From Prochlorococcus sp. AG-459-E08 (lineage in GTDB: Bacteria; Cyanobacteriota; Cyanobacteriia; PCC-6307; Cyanobiaceae): a DNA stretch of 64,000 bases. Made by a program: the position numbers and the translations under genes. The notes beneath the pieces were generated by a model. It ran no database searches. It saw only the letters and a list, made by a program, of their open reading frames with translations, and was not told the DNA's origin. Position 1 is the first letter of the stretch. Each line of letters starts with the position of its first letter. The stretch spans positions 44,026 to 108,025 of the forward strand of contig QCRB01000001.1 in the NCBI GenBank assembly GCA_003209425.1. The letters run 5' to 3'. This document shows positions 10,506 through 20,174 of this stretch, one piece after another.

Positions 10506-10912
10506 TATCTTCAAAAAAAAAAGAAGAAAAAAGACAATTTATTATTTTTATAATTACCGGCGGGACTTCCGCAATAATAAATATTTTAAGCAGAATAATT
10601 TTATCAAATTTTTTTAGATTTGAGATTGCAATACTTATTTCATATGTGATAGGTATGATTATTGCTTTTCTTCTCGCTAAAAGATATGTTTTCTTGAATT
10701 CAAACAAATCAATTAAAAAATCTTTTCCCGCATTTGCACTAGTAAATCTAATTTCTGTATTACAAACATTCCTCGTAAGTATTTTGATGAAAAACTGGTT
10801 AATAATTTTCTTTGATAATTTATTATTTATTGAGCTTATTTCTCACACTTGTGGTCTTGGAATATTAGTTTTTACAAGTTTCTATGGTCACAAATATATA
10901 ACTTTTAAATAA
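10502..10912 (+). CDS. GtrA-family polyprenyl-phosphate-sugar flippase
   Basis: 136 aa with four TM helices, FIITGG and KRYVF; ATGA overlap with the upstream gene. Confidence 0.88.
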   Translation: MISSKKKEEKRQFIIFIITGGTSAIINILSRIILSNFFRFEIAILISYVIGMIIAFLLAKRYVFLNSNKSIKKSFPAFALVNLISVLQTFLVSILMKNWLIIFFDNLLFIELISHTCGLGILVFTSFYGHKYITFK

Positions 10913-10919
10913 ATATCGC

Positions 10920-12509
10920 ATGAAAGATTTTATCGTTGTTTTTGATTGTGATAAGACTCTCATAAGAGGAGATTCGACATTAATTTTTCTTTTCTTGTTG
11001 AGGGGATTATTTGGTTTAATTTTAGATTTAATTAATATCTTGCCCAATTTATTTAAATTTATTTTTAAAAAAGATTTTTCTACCAAATTTAAAGAAACTT
11101 TAATAAATAAAGCTATTAATTCAACTTCTATCGCAAAAAGAAAAAAGGTACTCTTAAAAAAACTTCCTATTATCTTAAAAAGGCTGATTAAACCAGCAGC
11201 TATGGAAAGATTAAAATGGCACAAAAATAAAGGACACAGAATTTTAATAGTTAGTGCTTCACCTAAACCTATAATTTCAACTTTATCTAGTTATTTTAAT
11301 GTTGAGCTTATTGCTACTGAATGTAATGACATTTTAAAAATTAATAGTAATGAAAAATTTTTTTTGAAAACTCCCAACTGCAAAGGATTAGAAAAATTAA
11401 TTCGTTTACGAGATCATTTGGGATATATGCCAGAATCAAAGGATTTAGAGGTATATGGCGATAGCTCTGGAGACAAAGAACTTCTTGAGGCAAGTTCATA
11501 TCCTCATTTCCGTAGTTTCACAAACAAACCTAAGAAATATAAAGAAAATAATTACGATAGTAATATTTTCATTATTATTTCAATATTTATTTTTATATTT
11601 GGTATTAATAAACTTTTAGATTTAGATATAGTACAAGTTACTGATTTAAAAGCTGCAATTATTAAATTAATATCATGGCTACCTCTTCTCTATTTCATAC
11701 TTGGCTTAAGTTATTTAGGTAGATATCTACGTTGGAGAATTATACTTGATTCGTTATCAATAGGAAATTTTAATATTAAAGATTTAATGTGGTGGTTTAG
11801 TGGGTTCTCACTTACCGCAACTCCAGGGAAAATTGGTGAAATTTCTAGAATTCAGCTTTTAAATAAATATTTAGGATATCCAATAAAAAAATTATTCCCT
11901 GTATTCTTCATAGAACGATTTTTCGATCTTCTATCAGTCCTAATTTGGTTATTTATTTTATCTCCAAATTTTATTTATGTTAAATATCAACAATTAATAA
12001 ATTTATTTTTATTTATAAGATTTGGAAATTTAATTTTTATAATTTGTATGATTTTAATAATTTTAATTTTTTTTAAGAAAATTTTATTCCAATTTTTTAC
12101 AAAATATTGGAATGATTTCAAAAAATATATCCCTAAAAAAAGACCCTTTAAAACTATTATTTTTTCACTTTTTACAAGTATTTATTTATGGGGTATTGAA
12201 GCTTTAATTCTATGGGTAATTGTTTATGTAATTTCTCCAACTTCAATAACTTTATCTGATGCAATAATTATATATTTCATATCTGGAATGCTAGGAGTTT
12301 TATCAGGTTTACCAGGAGGATTGGGAGTTAATGAAGTTACTTCAACAATTTTGCTTCAACAACAAGGAATATCTGGAATAACTGCATTAACTATTTCTAT
12401 TCTTAGAAGATTAATAACAATATGGAGTATAACTGCATTATCAATAGTTATTTCTATAAATTTAAAAAGGCATTTTAATTCAAATAAAATTCGACCTAAT
12501 AAAAATTAA
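10920..12509 (+). CDS. Fusion of HAD-IB phosphatase and UPF0104/LPG-synthase-TM flippase-like domain
   Basis: N-half has FDCDKTL, VSASP, NCKGLEK and YGDSSGD; C-half has RYLRWR, TPGKIGE, ERFFD and PGGLGVNE. Confidence 0.85.
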   Translation: MKDFIVVFDCDKTLIRGDSTLIFLFLLRGLFGLILDLINILPNLFKFIFKKDFSTKFKETLINKAINSTSIAKRKKVLLKKLPIILKRLIKPAAMERLKWHKNKGHRILIVSASPKPIISTLSSYFNVELIATECNDILKINSNEKFFLKTPNCKGLEKLIRLRDHLGYMPESKDLEVYGDSSGDKELLEASSYPHFRSFTNKPKKYKENNYDSNIFIIISIFIFIFGINKLLDLDIVQVTDLKAAIIKLISWLPLLYFILGLSYLGRYLRWRIILDSLSIGNFNIKDLMWWFSGFSLTATPGKIGEISRIQLLNKYLGYPIKKLFPVFFIERFFDLLSVLIWLFILSPNFIYVKYQQLINLFLFIRFGNLIFIICMILIILIFFKKILFQFFTKYWNDFKKYIPKKRPFKTIIFSLFTSIYLWGIEALILWVIVYVISPTSITLSDAIIIYFISGMLGVLSGLPGGLGVNEVTSTILLQQQGISGITALTISILRRLITIWSITALSIVISINLKRHFNSNKIRPNKN

Positions 12510-12599
12510 AAATTTTAAAAGTTAAAATGAATAAAATTTTTCTAAATTAATTTAAATGTAGTGGTAAATTAAAAATAAGATTTAATATCAAATCTTTGA

Positions 12600-13328
12600 A
12601 TGAGGAATTTCAAAAGCGCATTAATAATTGGAAGTACAAGTGCCGTTGCAAAGTCAATTTGTATAAAATTAGCCCAAAAGGGATGTAAAAAATTTCACTT
12701 AGTCTGCAGAGATTTAGATAGTAATTTAGAGCTATGCCATATACTCCAAAATGTTTATAAAGCTAATGTAACCCAAGAGAAAAATGATCTAATTTTTAAT
12801 TGTTATCCAGAAAAAAGTTTCAAACCTAAAATAGACTTATATGATCTTTATTTAATTACAGCTGGTACTCTTGGTAATCCAGATTTGGCAAGGAAAAATA
12901 TTTCTGAAGCATTAAAAATTAATTATGTTAATTATCTTGGATTATTGCCATGGTTAACAGAAATAACAAAAGGAAAACGTTTTGAAACTTTCGGAAGTCT
13001 TTGGGTATTTACATCTGTTGCATCTGACAGAGGAAGACCCTCTAACTATCATTATGGTGCAGCAAAAGCTGCATTATCAACCTTCTGTGAGGGCTTATTA
13101 CTTAGATGTGAAAAAAAGCCATTCTCAGTACGTATAATAAAATCAGGATTTATTTCCACTAAAATGGCAATAGGTGCTCCCCCCTTTCTTTGTATATCTA
13201 CTAATAAAGTTGCTGATTATTTAATGCGTAATCCTCATAAAAGAGGAATTGAATACTTACCTTGGTGGTGGGGTATAATTATGTTTTTTATTCGTTCTTT
13301 ACCTAGAAAATATGCTTCAAAGCTATAA
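12600..13328 (+). CDS. dprE2: DprE2-like short-chain reductase (polyprenylphosphoryl-2-keto-pentose reductase)
   Basis: IIGSTSAVA and SVASDRGRPSNYHYGAAK; adjacent to DprE1. Confidence 0.85.
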   Translation: MRNFKSALIIGSTSAVAKSICIKLAQKGCKKFHLVCRDLDSNLELCHILQNVYKANVTQEKNDLIFNCYPEKSFKPKIDLYDLYLITAGTLGNPDLARKNISEALKINYVNYLGLLPWLTEITKGKRFETFGSLWVFTSVASDRGRPSNYHYGAAKAALSTFCEGLLLRCEKKPFSVRIIKSGFISTKMAIGAPPFLCISTNKVADYLMRNPHKRGIEYLPWWWGIIMFFIRSLPRKYASKL

Positions 13329-13353
13329 AAACTTTAAAATATAAAATAAAAAA

Positions 13354-14706
13354 ATGAATTTAATTAGTGGTTGGGGTCTACATAATCCAGCAAATGTAAG
13401 AATATTAAAACCAGATAGATTTGAGCAATTAGAAAATATAATAGTTAATTCTAATAAAAACTCACTTTTAGCTAGAGGTCTTGGGCGTTCTTATGGGGAT
13501 GCGGCTCAGCTTAAAAATGAATCAGTTTTTAATTTACATGATTTTGATCATATTTATTTAAATAAAAAAGAAGGATCTATAACTGTAGGAAGTGGGGTAA
13601 GTATTGATTCGCTTTTAAAAAAAATTATCCCAGAGGGATTCTTCATTCCCGTTTCACCTGGCACAAGAAATGTCACTATTGGGGGAGCAATAGCTTCAGA
13701 TGTTCATGGTAAGAATCACCATTTAAATGGGAGTTTTGGGAATCACATAAAAGAAATATTGATAATAGATGGAATGGGTAATTTTAAAAAACTTTCTTCA
13801 AATAATAATGAACCTATTGAGAGAAAGAATCAGTTCTGGGCAACTATAGGTGGAATGGGATTAACTGGTGTAATTATAGAAGCTACTTTTTCTCTCATAC
13901 CAATAAGAACTTCAAAAATGAAAACAAATACATTCAAATATAAAGATCTAGATGATCTTATGGATGCAATGATAAATGCTCAATATAATTTCCAATATAT
14001 TGTTGCTTGGGTAGATAGTCTAAGTAAAAAAAACAGAGGAGTATTAACAGTCGGCAATCATGCAGTCGAAAGTGATCTTCAGGAAAAGAGCCCTAATGAA
14101 AATCTATTATCATATCATTCAAAATCAATAGCTTCAGCTCCTACTTTTCTTCCATTTAGGTTACTAAATAAATTTACAGTAAAAGCATTTAATGAAGTTT
14201 GGTTTAGAAAAACACCAAAAGAAATGAAAGATGAAATTAAGTCAATAAGTAATTTTTTCCATCCACTTGATGGTGTAAAGAATTGGAATAAGTTTTATGG
14301 ATCGAAAGGATTTATACAGTATCAGTTCGTTGTACCTGAAAATGAATATAAGACTATCTTCGAAATTTTAGAAATAACAAAGAAAATTAATGCTCCCAGT
14401 TTTTTAACTGTTCTAAAAAAATTTGGCCCTGGGAATAAGGCTTTTTTATCTTTTCCAATTAAAGGATGGACTTTAGCAATAGATTTTCCATTATCTCTTA
14501 GCAACCTTAATGAAACGTTATTAAAACTTGATGAGAAGGTTCTTAGCGCTGGTGGAAGAATATATTTAGCTAAGGACTCAATGCAGACTTCTGAGATGTT
14601 CAAGAGAACTTACCCAAGACTTAATGAATGGAAAGAAGTGAAAAGCAAAATGGATCCTAAGAATATTTTTTGCTCTGATTTATCAAAAAGACTTAATATT
14701 TTTTAA
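13354..14706 (+). CDS. dprE1: DprE1-like polyprenylphosphoryl-beta-D-ribose 2'-oxidase
   Basis: ARGLGRSYGDAA, PGTRNVTIGGAIASDVHGKNHH, GFIQYQF and GGRIYLAKD. Confidence 0.93.
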   Translation: MNLISGWGLHNPANVRILKPDRFEQLENIIVNSNKNSLLARGLGRSYGDAAQLKNESVFNLHDFDHIYLNKKEGSITVGSGVSIDSLLKKIIPEGFFIPVSPGTRNVTIGGAIASDVHGKNHHLNGSFGNHIKEILIIDGMGNFKKLSSNNNEPIERKNQFWATIGGMGLTGVIIEATFSLIPIRTSKMKTNTFKYKDLDDLMDAMINAQYNFQYIVAWVDSLSKKNRGVLTVGNHAVESDLQEKSPNENLLSYHSKSIASAPTFLPFRLLNKFTVKAFNEVWFRKTPKEMKDEIKSISNFFHPLDGVKNWNKFYGSKGFIQYQFVVPENEYKTIFEILEITKKINAPSFLTVLKKFGPGNKAFLSFPIKGWTLAIDFPLSLSNLNETLLKLDEKVLSAGGRIYLAKDSMQTSEMFKRTYPRLNEWKEVKSKMDPKNIFCSDLSKRLNIF

Positions 14707-14713
14707 ATTTCAA

Positions 14714-15586
14714 ATGTCATTATTAAGAAAAATAGTTATCAATCTATCAGATTTATTTGGGGTTGTTTTCCCTAAGATTTTTTTAATTAGAGAGAAATAC
14801 AAAAAATCAAGATTAACTATTTACAATCTTCATAGCACTCAAGAAAATTATTTTTCTCATTATAAATCGATTCTTAAAAAGATAGATTCTCAAGAAAAAT
14901 TTTTAAACCCAGAAAATATTGATAATTTTTTCAAAAAAAAATACAAAGACCAGTCATATTCTTTATTGACTCTTGATGATGGCTTTTATAATAATCTTGA
15001 ATTTGCCGAAAAAGTTTTAAAACCTTTAAATATTAAAGCAATATTTTTTATAATTCCTTGCTTGCTAAAAGATAAAAAAAATAAAAATCAAGTATTTTTC
15101 CAAATCTTATATCCCAATTATGATGAGAGGTTAATTTATAAATTAAAAAATCAATTTATACCATTATCAAAAGAACATATTATAAAGGTTCAAAAACTTG
15201 GTCATACAATTGGTATGCATGGTTTCAATCATGAAAACTTTAGTGAATTAAACGAAAAACAAATTAAAAAATTAATTAAGGAAGGTATCGATATTTTTAA
15301 AAAAATGAATATCCCAATTAATCATTTTGCTTATCCATTTGGCCATAAAAGGAGTTTCAATATAAGATCTAATAAAGTTTTAAAAAAATATTTTAAATAT
15401 ATTCATTTAGGAATTAGAGGTTCCAATTATTCAGATAAATTAACTAATAGTAGCAAACTACTTAAAAGACATCCTATATCGACTCATAAAAAGGACTTAA
15501 TATACTTTCCTATTAGCTTAAAAGAAATAAATTTTTTTACATCAAATAGGATAAGCCTTTTATTAAATATAGTAAGTAGAAAATAA
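14714..15586 (+). CDS. Polysaccharide deacetylase (NodB/CE4)
   Basis: LTLDDG, IGMHGFNH and FAYPFG. Confidence 0.85.
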   Translation: MSLLRKIVINLSDLFGVVFPKIFLIREKYKKSRLTIYNLHSTQENYFSHYKSILKKIDSQEKFLNPENIDNFFKKKYKDQSYSLLTLDDGFYNNLEFAEKVLKPLNIKAIFFIIPCLLKDKKNKNQVFFQILYPNYDERLIYKLKNQFIPLSKEHIIKVQKLGHTIGMHGFNHENFSELNEKQIKKLIKEGIDIFKKMNIPINHFAYPFGHKRSFNIRSNKVLKKYFKYIHLGIRGSNYSDKLTNSSKLLKRHPISTHKKDLIYFPISLKEINFFTSNRISLLLNIVSRK

Positions 15587-15610
15587 TTAAATATTTAAAA
15601 TAAAAATAAA

Positions 15611-16597
15611 TTATTTTTTACTTTTTGATTGTCTTTCAAAACTCTCAATAGTTGATTTTAAACCCTCCTTAAAATTAATTTGCGGACTCCAACCTAATTT
15701 TTTTAACCTACTAATATCCAGTAACTTCCTTGGCGTACCATCAGGCATAGATTTATCCCATATTATTTTTCCTTTAAATCCTATAATTTCTGCAACTAGA
15801 TTAGCTAGTTCTTTAATTGAAATATCCTTTCCAGTCCCAACATTTAAAAAAGAGAGAGGTTCACCATTTATATCTAAAGGAACAAAATCGCCGTTTATAT
15901 CCCAATTCTCTAAAACAAATAAAATTGCATTCCCCAAATCATCTACATGCAAAAATTCTCTCATAGGATTACCAGAACCCCAGCAAATAACTTCTTCTAA
16001 TTCTTCTATTTTAGCTTTATGGAAACGTCGAATAAAACTTGCTAAAACATGACTATTTATTTCATCATAGTTATCTCCTGGACCATACAAATTTGTAGGC
16101 ATTAAACTTATTGCATTAAATCCATATTGTTTTTTTAATGCTTCGCAGAGCTTAATGCCAGAGATCTTAGCAATAGCATACCACTGATTTGTTAGCTCTA
16201 ATCCACCTTTAAGTAATTCCTCTTCAATAATGGGTTGATTAGCATATTTTGGATAAATACAACTACTTCCTAAAAATAAAAATTTTTTTACATTAAATTT
16301 CCAAGATGCATCAATAACATTTGTTTGAATTTTTAAATTCTCCAGGATAAAGTCTGCTGGATTAGAATTATTAGCGTGAATCCCGCCAACTTTAGCTGCA
16401 CACAATATGACTACATCAGGTTTATGCTTATTAAACCAAGATTCAACAGAATTCATATCAAGAAGGTTTAATTCTATTCTCGTTGGATTAAAAATTCTTT
16501 TATATCCTTTTTTTATTAATATCCTAAGGATAGAGCTGCCAACCATCCCAGTAGATCCAAAAACTGCAAATTTCTGTTCGTTATTAATAAAACTCAT
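15611..16597 (-). CDS. fcl: GDP-L-fucose synthase (epimerase/reductase)
   Basis: GMVGS, AAKVGGIHAN, GSSCIYP, YAIAK, PTNLYGPGDN and SHV. Confidence 0.93.
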   Translation of the reverse strand: MSFINNEQKFAVFGSTGMVGSSILRILIKKGYKRIFNPTRIELNLLDMNSVESWFNKHKPDVVILCAAKVGGIHANNSNPADFILENLKIQTNVIDASWKFNVKKFLFLGSSCIYPKYANQPIIEEELLKGGLELTNQWYAIAKISGIKLCEALKKQYGFNAISLMPTNLYGPGDNYDEINSHVLASFIRRFHKAKIEELEEVICWGSGNPMREFLHVDDLGNAILFVLENWDINGDFVPLDINGEPLSFLNVGTGKDISIKELANLVAEIIGFKGKIIWDKSMPDGTPRKLLDISRLKKLGWSPQINFKEGLKSTIESFERQSKSKK

Positions 16598-16688
16598 AAA
16601 ACTAAATATAAAATTTTTATATTGAAATAAATAAATTTAAATTTATTATCTATTTTACCCATATAAAAGTAAGAGTTATATAATCCTT

Positions 16689-18437
16689 CTATGAAACTTT
16701 TTTTTCTTCAATTATCTTTTTATTTTGAACTTTAAAGATACGATTACAATTTCTTAGTGTGCTAGTTCTATGAGTAACCATTATTATCGTTAAGTTTCTA
16801 TCAATATCCAAAATAGATCTAAGAATCTTTTCTTCAGTAGAATCATCAAGAGCGCTGGTTGCTTCATCTAAAACTAATATATTTCTTGACTTATAAATTG
16901 CTCTAGCTATTGCAATTCTCTGCCTTTGACCCCCACTCAATAGTATGCCCCTTTCTCCGACAAGTGTTTTAAATCCCTTATCAGTATTTTTAATAAATGA
17001 ATAAATATGTGCAACCTTAGCGGCCTTAGCTAACAATTCAAAATCTATATTTTCCTTTTCTTCTCCAAATGCTATATTTTCTTCAATAGTAGCTTCTTTT
17101 AAAAAAATATTTTGTGGGACGTGGGCAAAATTTATTGTCCAATTAACGAGAGAATTTTCATTGGAAATATCATTATCGTCTATTTTTATAGTCCCACTAG
17201 AAGGAGAAATTAAACCCATAATAATATTTAATAAAGTACTTTTTCCACTTCCGGTCTCTCCATAAATACCTATTATATCTCCTCTATCAATTCTAATATT
17301 TATATTATTTAGTACATTATTTTTATTTTTAAAACCAAATTTGATACCTTCAAAAATTAGCTGTTTTTTAAAATAAATTCTTTTCTTAGAAAGATATAAA
17401 GCCTCATTATTTTTACCTTCTTCCAAACCATTTACTAGTTCATTAATTACTGTAGATTTGTATTTATAATTTGCAGAAGCTGCATAAATTTGCTGGGTAA
17501 GTGGTAATAATCTTTGAAATGCATAAATAAAAGAACCTATAATAGGAATCGAAGAAGCAATATTTTGTTGAGATTTAAATAAAAAATAAGCCAAAATTGC
17601 TATTACAGTTAATATTATTCCTTCTATTAAAATTCTTGGAATTGTTAAAAAGAAATTTAAATTAGATAGTTTAAATTTAATTACTGATTGATATTCAGAA
17701 AATAATTTAATATAAACTTTTTCTAAACTATTGATAATTATATCTTTATATCCTCCCAGGCCTTCTTGAAGAACCTTCAAACGAAGTGGAATAATTCTTG
17801 AAGTTATTTGCCCATCTTTATGTAACATTTTTTTGATATTTGTATAAACAGTAAAATAATAAAAATAAATAAAAATTACTCCAATCACTACAACCTGCCA
17901 TTTAAGTATTAATAAAGAAATAATAATAGATATTCCAAGAATCGAACTCGCTATTACTGTTAATAAAGAATCAATGCATGCAGTGGCTATATCAACCTTT
18001 TCTAAAGCTAATGTTATTATTTCTGATGAATTTTTTTTTGTATATTTTGTATATGATTGGTACATGTTATTTTTAAATATTAAATTACTTATATCAATAT
18101 TTACTTTGGCAGAAAGTCTAAAAATATAAGCAATATTAAATATTCTTAAAAGGGTTGATGAGAAGACAAATATACAAAAAGATAAAGTAAAAAAAAGCAA
18201 TCCTAAATTGGGATCATTTATATTAAGCAATCTAATATATTTTCCAACAAATGGAATTGAATCACTTATATTTTCTGAACTAATAATAGATAACAATGGG
18301 ATTATTGATGCTATCGAGAAAAACTCTAAAGCACCATTTAGAGTTAAAAAAAAGATAAGAAAATAAAGTTGTTTTTTTCTTTTTTTACTTAATAAAGAAA
18401 GTATTTTGTAAAAAGATTTATCTTTCAAAAATTTCAT
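16689..18437 (-). CDS. ABC exporter (permease plus ATPase), PglK/Wzk/MsbA-like glycolipid flippase
   Basis: N-terminal TM domain, Walker A GETGSGKST, LSGGQRQR and LDEATSALD. Confidence 0.88.
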   Translation of the reverse strand: MKFLKDKSFYKILSLLSKKRKKQLYFLIFFLTLNGALEFFSIASIIPLLSIISSENISDSIPFVGKYIRLLNINDPNLGLLFFTLSFCIFVFSSTLLRIFNIAYIFRLSAKVNIDISNLIFKNNMYQSYTKYTKKNSSEIITLALEKVDIATACIDSLLTVIASSILGISIIISLLILKWQVVVIGVIFIYFYYFTVYTNIKKMLHKDGQITSRIIPLRLKVLQEGLGGYKDIIINSLEKVYIKLFSEYQSVIKFKLSNLNFFLTIPRILIEGIILTVIAILAYFLFKSQQNIASSIPIIGSFIYAFQRLLPLTQQIYAASANYKYKSTVINELVNGLEEGKNNEALYLSKKRIYFKKQLIFEGIKFGFKNKNNVLNNINIRIDRGDIIGIYGETGSGKSTLLNIIMGLISPSSGTIKIDDNDISNENSLVNWTINFAHVPQNIFLKEATIEENIAFGEEKENIDFELLAKAAKVAHIYSFIKNTDKGFKTLVGERGILLSGGQRQRIAIARAIYKSRNILVLDEATSALDDSTEEKILRSILDIDRNLTIIMVTHRTSTLRNCNRIFKVQNKKIIEEKKVS

Positions 18438-18443
18438 TAAAAA

Positions 18444-20003
18444 TTACCATGGATTAGAAACTAGAAATTTTCCAGTACTTAAGAATTTTGAATTTATTGG
18501 AGATTTGTCAATATGATTAGTATCAACTGAAATTACATTTGAGTTCAGAGAAATCGCTAAATTAATATAAGATGATAAACCAAAAAAACAAAATGAACTT
18601 TTTTTAATTGAATCCATAATTGATTCACTATTATTGCTTATAAATTCGAATCTGTAGTTTTTTGAAATCTCTTGCATACTCAATATTCTTTTTAATGCTT
18701 CTTTTCTAATTAAGCAAGGATGAAGCCTTATATATATTAAGTTACTTTCGTTAATTTTTGAACCAGTTTTTTTATAAAAATCATTTCTAAAGTTAATTAC
18801 TCCGGACAAACATGCCAGAAGATCCCAATAGGAGTCATGAGTAAATATTGTAATTTCTCTAATTAATTTGACTTTTCTAAAACTTTCTAATTTATCATTT
18901 TGAATTCTAATCATAGTTTCTGGAACAATGTGTAAATCTATTTTTATATTTTTTTTATTAAAGTAGGAAGCCATCTCATATTTTGATTCTCTATCTTGTA
19001 CATAATATTTTTTACCCCAAAAACCTATTCTGAATTCATCTTTAGTAGGAAAAAATTGCCTTTTATTTCTTTGTGAAATTGGCGAACCGTTATAAGTAGA
19101 TAAAGTTGATTTACAATTAAACTTTTTTATTGCATTTGATACTGCCAATGAAAATGCACGATTAGAAACTTGATTCTCATGCCAAGAGATGAATTCACAT
19201 TCATAAGAATTTTTAACTATATCAAAAATGGAATTATAGATGAGAATACTATAAAAAATTTCTGAACATTTTTTCCAGCCATACCAAAATTTCAAAAATG
19301 AACACTCCTTATTAGTAAATACCAGAGAAAAATCATTTAAATACAGATGTATAAACTGAAATAAGCTCAATAAAAGACTTTTGATCTCTAAATTTTTTAC
19401 TGGAGAAATATATTTACTATGTCTCAAAGAATCTAATAACCCCAAAAATAAAAATTTTTTACTGTCGGCAAAGGATGATACGAATATCAAGTTATTACTA
19501 TCATTAAAAACACCAGGATAATAATAAGAAGCTGAATTATCTCTTTTTTCCCAATAATAGATACTATAAATCTTTTTTCTAATAAGTTTATTTTTACCAA
19601 ATAAAATGATCTTAAAAGAGTTTTTAAAAGACTCAATAATACTTATTATTAATATTATTATTGTATCAATTATTTGTTTAATAAATTTCAAAATATCAAT
19701 TAAAAATAAAAAAGGTATATCTTTTGATAATAAATAATTAAATTCCTTAAAATTACAAAAATATTCTTCGTAAATGTTTTTTGATTTTTTATTTTTTATT
19801 TCTCTTAAATCTAATTGATTTGATGAAATAAGACTTCTAAATAATTTATAATTTGTTAGGTCAAAATCTCTATCATCTCTACTATTATGAATAGATAAAT
19901 TTAGATAATTAAAAATACCTTTTTTCAATCTTTTCTTAATTAAACTTTTTTCGGATATTTTATTATAAAGTTCTCGCAATTTATTGATAGAAATTCTATT
20001 CAC
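18444..20003 (-). CDS. Hypothetical surface-carbohydrate protein, possible GT-B transferase
   Basis: 519-aa ORF with HENQ and IRLHP motifs. Confidence 0.45.
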   Translation of the reverse strand: MNRISINKLRELYNKISEKSLIKKRLKKGIFNYLNLSIHNSRDDRDFDLTNYKLFRSLISSNQLDLREIKNKKSKNIYEEYFCNFKEFNYLLSKDIPFLFLIDILKFIKQIIDTIIILIISIIESFKNSFKIILFGKNKLIRKKIYSIYYWEKRDNSASYYYPGVFNDSNNLIFVSSFADSKKFLFLGLLDSLRHSKYISPVKNLEIKSLLLSLFQFIHLYLNDFSLVFTNKECSFLKFWYGWKKCSEIFYSILIYNSIFDIVKNSYECEFISWHENQVSNRAFSLAVSNAIKKFNCKSTLSTYNGSPISQRNKRQFFPTKDEFRIGFWGKKYYVQDRESKYEMASYFNKKNIKIDLHIVPETMIRIQNDKLESFRKVKLIREITIFTHDSYWDLLACLSGVINFRNDFYKKTGSKINESNLIYIRLHPCLIRKEALKRILSMQEISKNYRFEFISNNSESIMDSIKKSSFCFFGLSSYINLAISLNSNVISVDTNHIDKSPINSKFLSTGKFLVSNPW

Positions 20004-20174
20004 TGATCTTTAATATTTATATTAATTCTATGTGAATAGAGCCAAAAATATATAATTAAAAAAAATTCCTTACAAAAAATAAAGTGTCTATTTCTAACTT
20101 TATACCTAATTATTTTAAATTAATAATAAGTTATATCTTGAATAATTTCCTTTCTAAAAATTTTCATTAGAAAA

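Noticed and set aside
10513-10522. A10 run at the start of gtrA (and A9 near 33245) as phase-variation tracts
   Set aside because: The genes are in frame and such runs are common at this base composition.
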